Part shown: one piece after another, positions 47,914-57,202 of the stretch
How the letters are laid out: each line of letters begins with the position of its first letter
How positions within the stretch are numbered: position 1 is the first letter of the stretch
Assembly (NCBI GenBank): GCA_034439655.1
Contig: JAWXAU010000163.1
Location: 1 to 60,110 of the forward strand
DNA length: 60,110 nt
Direction of reading: 5' to 3'
Source: Bacteroidota bacterium
Lineage (GTDB): Bacteria; Bacteroidota; Bacteroidia; UKL13-3
Notes under the pieces: model-generated
The model's input: the letters and a program-made list of their open reading frames with translations, nothing else
Databases searched by the model: none
Told to the model about the DNA's origin: nothing
Position numbers and translations under genes: made by a program

Positions 47914-49425
47914 TTAAAACGGATCATCATCATTCATCTTACTACTTCTAGTAATAGTTACTGAGGGCTCAGGGAAACCAGGATTACTGCTTTGCTCTTC
48001 TATATTATAAGTATTATACTCGTCGAGGTCGGAGAACTTGGCATACTCTGCTTGGAACCTCACGTTCACCTTACCTGTAGCTCCGTTACGGTGCTTTCCT
48101 ATAATAATTTCGGCCACCCCAGCAAGGCTGTTTCCTTCCCCATCCTCTGTTACGCCATAATACTCGGGGCGGTGAATGAACATCACCAAATCCGCATCTT
48201 GCTCAATAGATCCCGATTCACGCAGGTCGCTAAGCATGGGCATTTTTCCTCCGCCTCGCTTTTCGCTTTCACGGTTAAGTTGTGCGAGTGCCATAATGGG
48301 TATAGCTAGTTCTTTTGCTAGTGATTTTAGTGAGCGACTTATATAACTTATCTCCTGCTCGCGATTGCTATTTTTATTACTGTCATCACCTTTCATTAAC
48401 TGCAAGTAATCGACAACTACTAATTCTATATCGTGTTGTGCTTTAAGACGGCGGCATTTGGCACGCAACTGAAATATGGAAAGGGCGGCGGTATCATCAA
48501 TAAATATTTTTGATTCGCCCAATTGTACCACCTTTTTGTTGAGCTGTTCCCACTCGTACGGAGCTAGTTGTCCCGTTTTTAACTTGCCACCTGGTATCAT
48601 AGCTTCGGAAGAAATGAGCCTAGTAACCAACTCCACCGATTCCATCTCGAGCGAGAAAACAGCCACAGCTTTTTTTGCCATTACTGCGGCATTACGTGCA
48701 GCGGTTAATGCAAAGGCGGTTTTACCCATACCTGGGCGGGCTGCAACTATAATAAGGTTATTTTTTTGCCAACCGCTGGTCATTCTATCTAAATGCGTAA
48801 AGCCTGATGGCACGCCCGATAGGCCGTCTTTATTATCTTTTACACTCTCAATCTGTTTAATAGCTTTCACTATCAAATCGTCAACCTTAGCATAGGTTTT
48901 TGATATATTGGTTTCGGCTATTTCAAATAATTTTTTCTCAGCGGAGTCAAGCAGTTCGAAGGAGTCGTTCTCATCATCATAAGCATCTTTCTGTATCTCG
49001 CCACTTACCCTTATAAGTTCGCGTTGTATATATTTTTGCGAAACAATGCGGGCATGGAACTCGATATGTGCCGCAGAACCAATACGGTTGGTAAGTTGTG
49101 ATATATAAAAAGCCCCACCAGCTTCGTCAAGTCTACCTTGATTACGCAAGTTACTGGTAACGGTAAGCATGTCGATCGGCTCGGCTCTAGCAAATAACAC
49201 TTTGCACACCTCATATATAAGTTGGTGCGACTGTTTGTAAAACATTTGCGGCTCGAGTATCTCGGCTACGCGTTCCATAGCATCGCGTTCGAGCATGAGT
49301 GCACCAAGTACAATTTCTTCGAGGTCGGTGGCTTGAGGTGGGAGTTTGCCGAATTCGTTTACCAAATTGCCGGCGGTCATTTCATTAAGGTCGGTACGTT
49401 TTTTTTTGAAGGATTGAGAAGACAT
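47914..49425 (-). CDS. dnaB: Replicative DNA helicase
   Basis: GKLPPQA, AARPGMGKTAF, VDYLQLM, QLNRESE, SDLRESGSIEQDAD, KHRNG. Confidence 0.98.
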   Translation of the reverse strand: MSSQSFKKKRTDLNEMTAGNLVNEFGKLPPQATDLEEIVLGALMLERDAMERVAEILEPQMFYKQSHQLIYEVCKVLFARAEPIDMLTVTSNLRNQGRLDEAGGAFYISQLTNRIGSAAHIEFHARIVSQKYIQRELIRVSGEIQKDAYDDENDSFELLDSAEKKLFEIAETNISKTYAKVDDLIVKAIKQIESVKDNKDGLSGVPSGFTHLDRMTSGWQKNNLIIVAARPGMGKTAFALTAARNAAVMAKKAVAVFSLEMESVELVTRLISSEAMIPGGKLKTGQLAPYEWEQLNKKVVQLGESKIFIDDTAALSIFQLRAKCRRLKAQHDIELVVVDYLQLMKGDDSNKNSNREQEISYISRSLKSLAKELAIPIMALAQLNRESEKRGGGKMPMLSDLRESGSIEQDADLVMFIHRPEYYGVTEDGEGNSLAGVAEIIIGKHRNGATGKVNVRFQAEYAKFSDLDEYNTYNIEEQSSNPGFPEPSVTITRSSKMNDDDPF

Positions 49426-49469
49426 CGGGGATATTTAACGATTGAATGATTTGTGATTGAATGATTTTA

Positions 49470-49537
49470 GTTGCGAGTTGTCAGTTGTGGTTTGTCAGTT
49501 AGACTTTCTCATAACTCACAACCCGAGACTGACAACC
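49470..49537. repeat. Two heptamer tracts in inverted orientation in the dnaB leader
   Basis: GTTGCGA GTTGTCA GTTGTGG TTTGTCA GTTAGAC, then CTCATAA CTCACAA CCCGAGA CTGACAA. Confidence 0.75.
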
Positions 49538-49549
49538 ATTATAATGATG

Positions 49550-49723
49550 CGAAAATAGTTATTAGCATTGGGCTTGAACAAAGGTAGTGGATTGTCCACA
49601 TATATATATATAATGTGCAATTAATGTGGAGTGTTTATATAATAGCTTGATGGTCAATTTTTGCTTATGTGTATTATATAATTATTCACATTAATCTCTC
49701 GTGTGGAACTGCATTTTTCCACA
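49550..49723. promoter_or_regulatory. dnaB promoter and DnaA-box cluster with a (TA)n tract
   Basis: Minus TTTG-N21-TATTTTCG at 49550-49582; TTGTCCACA 49592; TTATTCACA 49682; TTTTCCACA 49715; weak reverse box 49702; (AT)n at ~49600-49612. Confidence 0.65.
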
Positions 49724-49815
49724 GCTTGAATATCAAGCACAAGCAATTGTTAACAGTAAAAACTGTATATTTAATTTTGGAATCTAAAACAAAAGCATTC
49801 CATTATTTTTGCCCC

Positions 49816-50910
49816 ATGCAAATAAAAGAAATCTGCAATTACCTAGAACAAATAGCCCCACCTCACCTGCAAGAGGATTACGATAACAGTGGTTTGCTGA
49901 TAGGCAATGCAAATAATACATTTACCAAAGCCTTGATAACACTGGATGTAACTGAAGCCGTGGTGCAAGAAGCAATAGATAACGGTTGTAATATGATCAT
50001 CGCACATCACCCGCTCATCTTTGGCGGATTGAAACGTATTACAGGCAAAGATTATGTGCAACGATGTGTAGCCATGGCCATTAAAAATGATATTGCGATA
50101 TATGCGATTCACACGAATTTAGATAATGTGTTATGGGGGGTGAATGCAAAAATTGCAGAGAAGCTAGGTTTGCAGAACTTAAAAATCTTGGATCACAAAG
50201 ATGGACAATTATTGAAACTTGTAACTTTTGTGCCGCACGATAAAGCAAGTAAAGTTCGTGAAGTCCTTTTTGCTGCAGGAGCTGGTACAATTGGCTTGTA
50301 TGATAATTGTACTTATAATGTTGAAGGACTTGGAACTTTTAAAGCAGGAGAAGGAACAAATCCTTATGTGGGGGAAAAGAATAAATTGCATGAAGAACCA
50401 GAAACCAGAATTGAAACTATAGTTCCTATACATTTAAAGAATGAAGTGCAGAAAGCACTCATCAATTCGCATCCTTATGAAGAAGTGGCTTATGATTGGT
50501 ATCCTATTTTGAACACCAATCCGCAAATAGGAAGTGGTGTCATTGGTGAATTGGAAAAAGAAATGGAAGTGGTCGAATGGCTCGAATTTTTGAAAGCCAA
50601 AATGAATTTGTCCTGTATTCGATATACCAAATCCTACACAGGTAAAGTAAAGAAGGTGGCTATATGTGGTGGCAGCGGGAGTTTCCTACAAAAAACTGCA
50701 ATGGCCGCAGGTGCTGATGCCTATGTAACAGCAGATTTTAAGTACCATGAGTTTTTTATTGCAGAAAACTCAATGCTGTTGTGCGATATAGGGCATTATG
50801 AAAGTGAAATATTTACAAATGAATTGCTTTTGGAAAAATTGAGAGAAAAATACCTTACTTTTGCAGCCCAAATTTCGGCAATAGATACCAACCCCATAAA
50901 CTATTATTAA
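49816..50910 (+). CDS. Nif3-like / GTP cyclohydrolase 1 type 2 homolog with PII-like insert
   Basis: QEDYDNSGL, HHPLIF, HTNLD, HPYEEVAYD, DFKYHEF, IGHYESE. Start moved to ATG 49816, after a -7 box. Confidence 0.94.
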   Translation: MQIKEICNYLEQIAPPHLQEDYDNSGLLIGNANNTFTKALITLDVTEAVVQEAIDNGCNMIIAHHPLIFGGLKRITGKDYVQRCVAMAIKNDIAIYAIHTNLDNVLWGVNAKIAEKLGLQNLKILDHKDGQLLKLVTFVPHDKASKVREVLFAAGAGTIGLYDNCTYNVEGLGTFKAGEGTNPYVGEKNKLHEEPETRIETIVPIHLKNEVQKALINSHPYEEVAYDWYPILNTNPQIGSGVIGELEKEMEVVEWLEFLKAKMNLSCIRYTKSYTGKVKKVAICGGSGSFLQKTAMAAGADAYVTADFKYHEFFIAENSMLLCDIGHYESEIFTNELLLEKLREKYLTFAAQISAIDTNPINYY

Positions 50911-50918
50911 TAAACAAC

Positions 50919-51662
50919 ATGGAAGCTACCGTTGAGCAAAAACTTGAAGCACTTTACAAACTGCAACTTATCGACTCTCAAATTGATCGTGTAAAATCGA
51001 TGCGTGGGGAGTTACCACTTGAGGTGGCAGACTTAGAAGATGAGATAGCTGGTCTTGAAACCCGCATGTCGAACTTAAATACTGATGTTGCCAAATTGGA
51101 CGAAACCATTTCGACCAATAAGCACAATATCAAAACATCGCAAGCACTTATAAAAAAGTACGATGGTCAGCTTACCAATGTAAAAAACAACCGCGAGTAC
51201 GATGCCCTTACCAAAGAGGTTGAAATACAAGGTTTAGAAATACAAGCCGCTGAAAAAAGAATCAAAGATTTTCAGATTGAGGTGAAGTACAAAAACGAAT
51301 TGGTTGAGAAACTTAAAGAAGAAATTAGCGAACGAAATAAAGACCTCGTGAATAAAAAAGGTGAACTTGATAATATTATTGAGGAAACCACCAAGGAAGA
51401 AAAAGAGTTAGACAAAGAACGTAAAACTGCTCACAAAATCGTTGATGAAAGATTATACTCAGCTTATTACCGTATCCGCAGCAATGTGAGAAATGGTTTA
51501 GGTGTTTCAATTATCGAGCGTGATTCTTGCAGCGGATGTTTTGCTTCTATTCCACCACAAAGACAGATAGAAATAAAGCAGCATAAGAAAATTATAGTGT
51601 GCGAAAACTGCGGACGAATTCTTGTTGACTCAAAGTTAGCAGGAGAAGAAGTTGAAAGTTAA
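50919..51662 (+). CDS. Coiled-coil protein with C4-type zinc ribbon (DUF164 family)
   Basis: LYKLQLIDSQID, long coiled coil, CSGCF...CENCGRILV; canonical neighbour of nif3. Confidence 0.92.
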   Translation: MEATVEQKLEALYKLQLIDSQIDRVKSMRGELPLEVADLEDEIAGLETRMSNLNTDVAKLDETISTNKHNIKTSQALIKKYDGQLTNVKNNREYDALTKEVEIQGLEIQAAEKRIKDFQIEVKYKNELVEKLKEEISERNKDLVNKKGELDNIIEETTKEEKELDKERKTAHKIVDERLYSAYYRIRSNVRNGLGVSIIERDSCSGCFASIPPQRQIEIKQHKKIIVCENCGRILVDSKLAGEEVES

Positions 51663-51683
51663 AATAATGTCAAAATCAGATAG

Positions 51684-51711
51684 AAAAAACCGGTCTAAGG
51701 CCGGTTTTTTT
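51684..51711. terminator. Intrinsic terminator
   Basis: AAAAAACCGG-TCTAAGG-CCGGTTTTTTT. Confidence 0.85.
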
Positions 51712-51814
51712 CGTTAACATATTTCATCATATACATTATCAGGCAAATAAAATTTAATCGCCCGATGACAATCAGGTTTTAAGTACCGATAAATTTGCCG
51801 CACTAATTTTTAAA

Positions 51815-53791
51815 ATGGAAAGTTCAAGTCAAAGTACAACTATAAATCGTGTTTCATTTGGCACCCTTCTAATTACCTTAGGCATTATTTATGGCGATAT
51901 AGGAACTTCGCCCTTATATGTTGTTGATGCAATTATTCACCAAGGAAATGGTATTGAAAATGGATTACTAAAGTTCGACCCGCTATTAATATTGGGAGGC
52001 CTTTCATGCATCTTTTGGACCCTAACCATTCAAACGACTGTTAAATATGTGATATTAACATTGCGAGCAGATAACAATGGCGAAGGTGGTATTTTTTCCC
52101 TTTTTGCTTTAGTTCGACGCTATAGAAAATGGCTATATATCCCTGCCATCATAGGTGGTTGCACACTTTTGGCGGATGGTTTTATCACACCGCCTATTTC
52201 TGTTTCCTCAGCATTAGAAGGACTTAAAATTATCAATCCGAGTATTACTACTGACCAGATTGTTCCAATGGTAATTATTATCATTACAATCTTATTTGTA
52301 TTTCAACGTTGGGGAACCACATTATTGGGTAAAACCTTTGGACCTTTAATGTTTATTTGGTTTTCGATGCTTGGAGTGATCGGATTAATTGGACTAATAC
52401 AATATCCCGAGATTGTTAAAGCAGTAAATCCTTACTACGCTTATCAGCTTTTGGCAGAATATCCTGAAGGATTTTGGTTGCTGGGGGCGGTATTTTTATG
52501 CACCACAGGTGCTGAAGCAATGTACAGTGATTTAGGGCATTGTGGACTTAAAAATATCAGGATTAGCTGGATTTTTGTTAAAACAACTCTTTTACTAAAT
52601 TACTTTGGCCAAGGAGCATATTTGTTGGCACATTATGGCCAACCCGCTCCCGAAAAAATGTTTTATGCGTTAATGCCCGATTGGTTTTTGCCTTATGGAA
52701 TAACGGTAGCTACTTTAGCAGCAATTATTGCAAGTCAAGCACTAATAAGTGGCTCCTATACTTTAATTAATGCAGCTATGAGATTAAATTTCTGGCCCAA
52801 GGTTGGTGTAAAGTATCCCACGGTTCATAGGGGGCAATTGTATGTTCCTAGTATTAATAATATTTTATGGATGGGTTGCATGTGTGTTGTTTGGTATTTT
52901 AAAGAATCCAACAAAATGGAAGCCGCCTATGGTCTTGCGAATAATTTAACAATGATAATGACCTCGTTCCTACTTGCAGCCTGGTTATTGTCAAAAAAGA
53001 TAAATCACTATATTGTTATTTCCCTTATTCTAGTCTTTTTAACTGTGGAGATAACTTTTCTTGTTGCGAATTTAAATAAGTTTAAAGAAGGCGGATTTAT
53101 TACAATTATCATTTCATCCGGACTTTTGTTTGTGATGTATATTTGGCATAAGGCCAGGCAAATTCAAAAAAGATATATCCACTATAATGATATACATAAA
53201 TACTTGCCTATGATTGAAGAACTGCATGCCGATACAGAAATCCCGAAGCATGCAGGCAATTTGGTTTATCTAACCAACTCCAATTATCCAAACTTGATTG
53301 AGGCAAAAATTATTAACAGCATACTCAAGAAAAAACCCAAAAGGGCAGATGTATATTGGTTACTGCATGTAAACACTAGCGATGAACCCCATACGGTCGA
53401 GTATAAAGTTCACCATTTGATTCCAGGGAAAGTAATCAGGGTCGATTTTAATTTAGGCTTTAGAGTGGAGCAAAGAATTAATATCTATTTCAGGAAGGTA
53501 ATCGACGAACTTGTCAAACATCATGAGGTATCCATTATAAGCCGCTACAAATCATTAGAGAAATTCCATATAGCTGGCGATTTCCAGTTTGTTGTTTTTG
53601 ATAGATTTATGAGTTACGAAAACGATTTACCATTTGTGGAAGACTTTACGTTGGATATGTATTTTCAACTAAAAAAACTCAGTACACCTACCACTAGAGC
53701 TTTTGGGTTAGATAATAGTGTAGTAAGTGTGGAGACCGTTCCCCTTATTATATCACAGCCAAAAAACATTAAAATTAAACGCCTAATTTAG
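51815..53791 (+). CDS. kup: KUP/HAK/KT potassium transporter
   Basis: LGIIYGDIGTSPLY, DNNGEGG, TGAEAMYSDLGH, AAYGLA. Confidence 0.97.
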   Translation: MESSSQSTTINRVSFGTLLITLGIIYGDIGTSPLYVVDAIIHQGNGIENGLLKFDPLLILGGLSCIFWTLTIQTTVKYVILTLRADNNGEGGIFSLFALVRRYRKWLYIPAIIGGCTLLADGFITPPISVSSALEGLKIINPSITTDQIVPMVIIIITILFVFQRWGTTLLGKTFGPLMFIWFSMLGVIGLIGLIQYPEIVKAVNPYYAYQLLAEYPEGFWLLGAVFLCTTGAEAMYSDLGHCGLKNIRISWIFVKTTLLLNYFGQGAYLLAHYGQPAPEKMFYALMPDWFLPYGITVATLAAIIASQALISGSYTLINAAMRLNFWPKVGVKYPTVHRGQLYVPSINNILWMGCMCVVWYFKESNKMEAAYGLANNLTMIMTSFLLAAWLLSKKINHYIVISLILVFLTVEITFLVANLNKFKEGGFITIIISSGLLFVMYIWHKARQIQKRYIHYNDIHKYLPMIEELHADTEIPKHAGNLVYLTNSNYPNLIEAKIINSILKKKPKRADVYWLLHVNTSDEPHTVEYKVHHLIPGKVIRVDFNLGFRVEQRINIYFRKVIDELVKHHEVSIISRYKSLEKFHIAGDFQFVVFDRFMSYENDLPFVEDFTLDMYFQLKKLSTPTTRAFGLDNSVVSVETVPLIISQPKNIKIKRLI

Positions 53792-53942
53792 CAAAATGTA
53801 AGGCAGTAGATTCAGAAATTTAAGAACCTATCCAAAAAGCCATTTAATGTCTTAATTATCAGATATATTTAACCAATATGGCATCTTTATTACTAAAGCT
53901 GTAAATGATTTTTTGTAAAACCTTACAAATTTGATAAATTAA

Positions 53943-53975
53943 TTTGGAAGTATAATTTGGAATTGACTACTTTTG
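53943..53975 (+). promoter_or_regulatory. Consensus promoter of the orphan two-gene operon
   Basis: TTTG-N21-TACTTTTG. Confidence 0.75.
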
Positions 53976-54003
53976 AATCAAGATTTCAATAAATAGAACT
54001 CAA

Positions 54004-55611
54004 ATGAAGTTGATCAGAAAAAAAATCCAATCGTTATTGTTGCTTGCATTATTTGTAGGACAGTTTCCTACATTGTTAGCACAAGACCTCCCGCGTCAGT
54101 ATTTATACGTAAGTAAGCAAACGGGGCAAACAAGTAATTTCCACGGACAGCAAGGTAAAACCACCGACAAATATGAGGAGGGTAATGTCACCATTAATGT
54201 AGTGGGACCTATTACGCATGCGGTTACCCCTAATGATATGTCAATAGGACATAATCAAACCAAAACTTGGCAAGGGCAAATTTCACCTCTTATAGCACAG
54301 TGTCCTGCTCCTGGAAGTAGTGTTAGTGCTAAATTGAATGCGGCCTATGATGTTGTATTTAGCAGACCTCAAGGAGGTGCTGCAGATGGAGCAGTTATAT
54401 TAAGCACTTATAATTGCAGCACAGAAGCTGATGGGGTGAACCATGAGCACAGTGGTTGTCAATTTCACGGTTCTTTAGGTGGTATGCACGAAATAGTAAG
54501 AAAAATAGGAACGGTGGTTCAAGATTTTGAAATATTCAGTATCAATTGTATTGTGCCGGTAGCTTTCAATTGTGCAGATGGAACTGCTACCTTGCATGCC
54601 GATATATATCCCGGCAATGAGGGTACAGTTATTTGGCAAACACCTTTTGGACAATTAACTGGAAATGATATTCAAATTAACCTTCCTCCCAATTTTAATA
54701 ATATTAATGTTACAGCAACTTATACAGTTAGGGGCGTAAGCTATAGTGCTAATGGTGTAATCAGACCCGACAATTTAACAGGTTTTGCACTTCCATGTTG
54801 TGCAAATCAACCTAAGAATGTTAGGGACATAGCGATGCTTACTTTTGATGGTCCTTGCCATCCTCCAGTTGTTTTTGCACCTGCTATTGTTTCGCCTCCT
54901 ACAACAGGAATTGTAGGGCCAACAAATATAATAAATGTAACTGCTTCTGCAAATACAGTTAACTTAGGATCAACAATCACAACTGTAAATGAAAATATTG
55001 AGTTATCTGTCACTCCATTTGCTGTGGACTTTAGCAAAATTGGAAATTTACTTAAAGACGCTGCCGAAGTAGTATCGCATACACCTGGCAGTCCCTGCTC
55101 ACCATCTTTTAGTGTTACTGGTGGGTTAACACTTACTACTTCTAAAAAATGTTGCCTAGGTCCGTGTTTAATTAAGGATGCTCAAAAAATTGCTGGATCT
55201 GTTGGCGTTTCTGCAGGTGTAAGCTGTAGGTTTCCTATCTATGGCATTCCTTATGTAGCATCATTAGATGCTTTATTAGAAGCGTCCATTGGTGTTACTG
55301 GCACATTAAGTCACCAAACAACTTGTGATGCCCCAAAAGTATGTGCTGAGCTAGGTGCAACAATCAGTTTCGGTTTGGGAATTGGTGCTTCTATTGCAGG
55401 CGGCATGATTACTGCCGATTTGAAAGGCGTAGTAGAAGGAGCATCGGCAAGTGTGAACTATTGCTTTATTCCGGCACCTATTACGGGTGAATGGAAAGCT
55501 AACTTAGGCAAAATAAAAGTAGTAGGTACAGTTACCACGCTTGAAGTATTTAACTATACTGTGGAATACACTTTATTTGACGGCTATGAATTTGGCCCGT
55601 TCCCTTTATAA
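54004..55611 (+). CDS. Secreted Cys-rich (16 Cys), beta-rich hypothetical protein
   Basis: Cleavable signal peptide; no family recognised; no T9SS CTD. Confidence 0.8.
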   Translation: MKLIRKKIQSLLLLALFVGQFPTLLAQDLPRQYLYVSKQTGQTSNFHGQQGKTTDKYEEGNVTINVVGPITHAVTPNDMSIGHNQTKTWQGQISPLIAQCPAPGSSVSAKLNAAYDVVFSRPQGGAADGAVILSTYNCSTEADGVNHEHSGCQFHGSLGGMHEIVRKIGTVVQDFEIFSINCIVPVAFNCADGTATLHADIYPGNEGTVIWQTPFGQLTGNDIQINLPPNFNNINVTATYTVRGVSYSANGVIRPDNLTGFALPCCANQPKNVRDIAMLTFDGPCHPPVVFAPAIVSPPTTGIVGPTNIINVTASANTVNLGSTITTVNENIELSVTPFAVDFSKIGNLLKDAAEVVSHTPGSPCSPSFSVTGGLTLTTSKKCCLGPCLIKDAQKIAGSVGVSAGVSCRFPIYGIPYVASLDALLEASIGVTGTLSHQTTCDAPKVCAELGATISFGLGIGASIAGGMITADLKGVVEGASASVNYCFIPAPITGEWKANLGKIKVVGTVTTLEVFNYTVEYTLFDGYEFGPFPL

Positions 55612-55645
55612 ATCTATTATAAAAATTAACTGCACCTAACCAAAA

Positions 55646-56590
55646 GTGTTAAACCATAGAATCGTGTCAACTCTAACAAAATATATCATAGCTGTACTTT
55701 TGCCATTGGCAGTGGTTGCCCAAGCAAAAGTACCCCCATATGAGTTCAAGCCTGTTGAGATAAAATTCTCTGCTGGATTTACAGGATTAATGAACGACCC
55801 TACCCATAAAAGTGGAAGCGAATTAGTATATAAATATAACGGTCAAATATTTGATAAGACCGATGGCCAAATACCTACAAAAGAAGATGGATTTGATGGA
55901 ACAAGTAAAAGATCTACGCCATGGGAAACATTAGGCGAACTTATACATGCCTATCGTGAGAAAAACTTCGACAAAATACTTTCTTTATACACTGTTACTA
56001 CCCAAGATCAACTCATCACTTTGCTTGCTGGCGAAAAGAAAGAAAAGTTTTTGAACCATGTTTCCAAAATAACCAAAGCAAAAATATTGGCTGGATTTGA
56101 ATATAAAGAAGGCATATTGGTTATATACGAATCGAAAGAACTTGGAATTAGTTCTTGCTATATGATTAAGAAGAAGAAGAAATATGTGCTATCATCATTT
56201 AACGATGACGGTCCAGAGGCTTGGAATCTTTCCCTATATTTTAAATTCAAACCAGAACCTATCACAGTGCCGTTAATTCAAACTACTGTAGATAGCTTTG
56301 GATCGACCGAAACAAAAAGAATTGATTTTAAATTAAACAAAGCGAATAACTTTGTTACTGTATGTGGAGACAAATTGGGTCAAGCTGTACTTTATAATAT
56401 TAAAGACAATAGTGAATACGATTTGAATCCTGAGCCAGGTATTGTTGGAATCGATTTTAACAAATCAAAATCGGCCATGCCCAAAGAATATACTTTATAT
56501 ATAGCTGAAACCAATTACCCATTAACAATGGTTTCTGAACCAATCTTAAAAGTTGCAAAAGGGTTTACCTTCAAGGTGTACAAAAAATAA
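55646..56590 (+). CDS. Exported hypothetical protein, probable partner of 54004-55611
   Basis: GTG start, signal peptide ending VVA-Q, 34 bp after the upstream gene; no family recognised. Confidence 0.78.
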   Translation: MLNHRIVSTLTKYIIAVLLPLAVVAQAKVPPYEFKPVEIKFSAGFTGLMNDPTHKSGSELVYKYNGQIFDKTDGQIPTKEDGFDGTSKRSTPWETLGELIHAYREKNFDKILSLYTVTTQDQLITLLAGEKKEKFLNHVSKITKAKILAGFEYKEGILVIYESKELGISSCYMIKKKKKYVLSSFNDDGPEAWNLSLYFKFKPEPITVPLIQTTVDSFGSTETKRIDFKLNKANNFVTVCGDKLGQAVLYNIKDNSEYDLNPEPGIVGIDFNKSKSAMPKEYTLYIAETNYPLTMVSEPILKVAKGFTFKVYKK

Positions 56591-56653
56591 CTTGCCCAAA
56601 AGTTATTTATTTTCCTTCTGAAGTTGTATTTTGCCTTAACTTTGCGTACTTTT

Positions 56654-57202
56654 ATGAGAAACATCAAAGTACTATTTTATCCCCTCATTTTTATTGCTTT
56701 ATCCTGCGGTGGCGAAGAAAAAACTCCCCACGAAAAAAGTATTGACGAAATAAAAGCTTGGCAAATAAAGGCTGATAGCTCTATTCAGAAGAATGAGAAT
56801 GTATCAGGAATTTGCGATTCGCTCATTACACATTATGAGCATTTTGTGAATGCCTATCCGCAAGACACTTTCGTACCTGAATGTTTGGAAAGAATTGCAT
56901 CTTTAAATCAACGGTTGAAACAATTTGAAAAAGCTGAAATAGCTATGGAGAAATTCCAAAAAATGTTTCCTAAACATAAAAAGATTCCCTTCATCCTGTT
57001 TCAGGAAGCAATTATGTTTCAAACAGATATGCATCAACTTGGAAAAGCGAAAGATAAATTTAACGAATTAATTTTAAAATATCCAAATACTAAATGGGCA
57101 AGCGATGCTAAAATAATCATGGAATCGAATGCCAGCAGCGATATAGAGCTTTTTAATTCTATTATGAAGAACGCTGAAGATAAAAAAATAACAAAGAAAT
57201 AA
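56654..57202 (+). CDS. TPR-like lipoprotein (BamD/CpoB-like repeats)
   Basis: Lipobox IALSC, YPQDT..PECL, FPKHKKIP..LF, LILKYPNTKWA; TAACTTTG -7 box at 56637. Confidence 0.8.
   Translation: MRNIKVLFYPLIFIALSCGGEEKTPHEKSIDEIKAWQIKADSSIQKNENVSGICDSLITHYEHFVNAYPQDTFVPECLERIASLNQRLKQFEKAEIAMEKFQKMFPKHKKIPFILFQEAIMFQTDMHQLGKAKDKFNELILKYPNTKWASDAKIIMESNASSDIELFNSIMKNAEDKKITKK

Noticed and set aside
47914-49425. Possible intein in DnaB
   Set aside because: At 503 aa with contiguous motifs there is no room for one.
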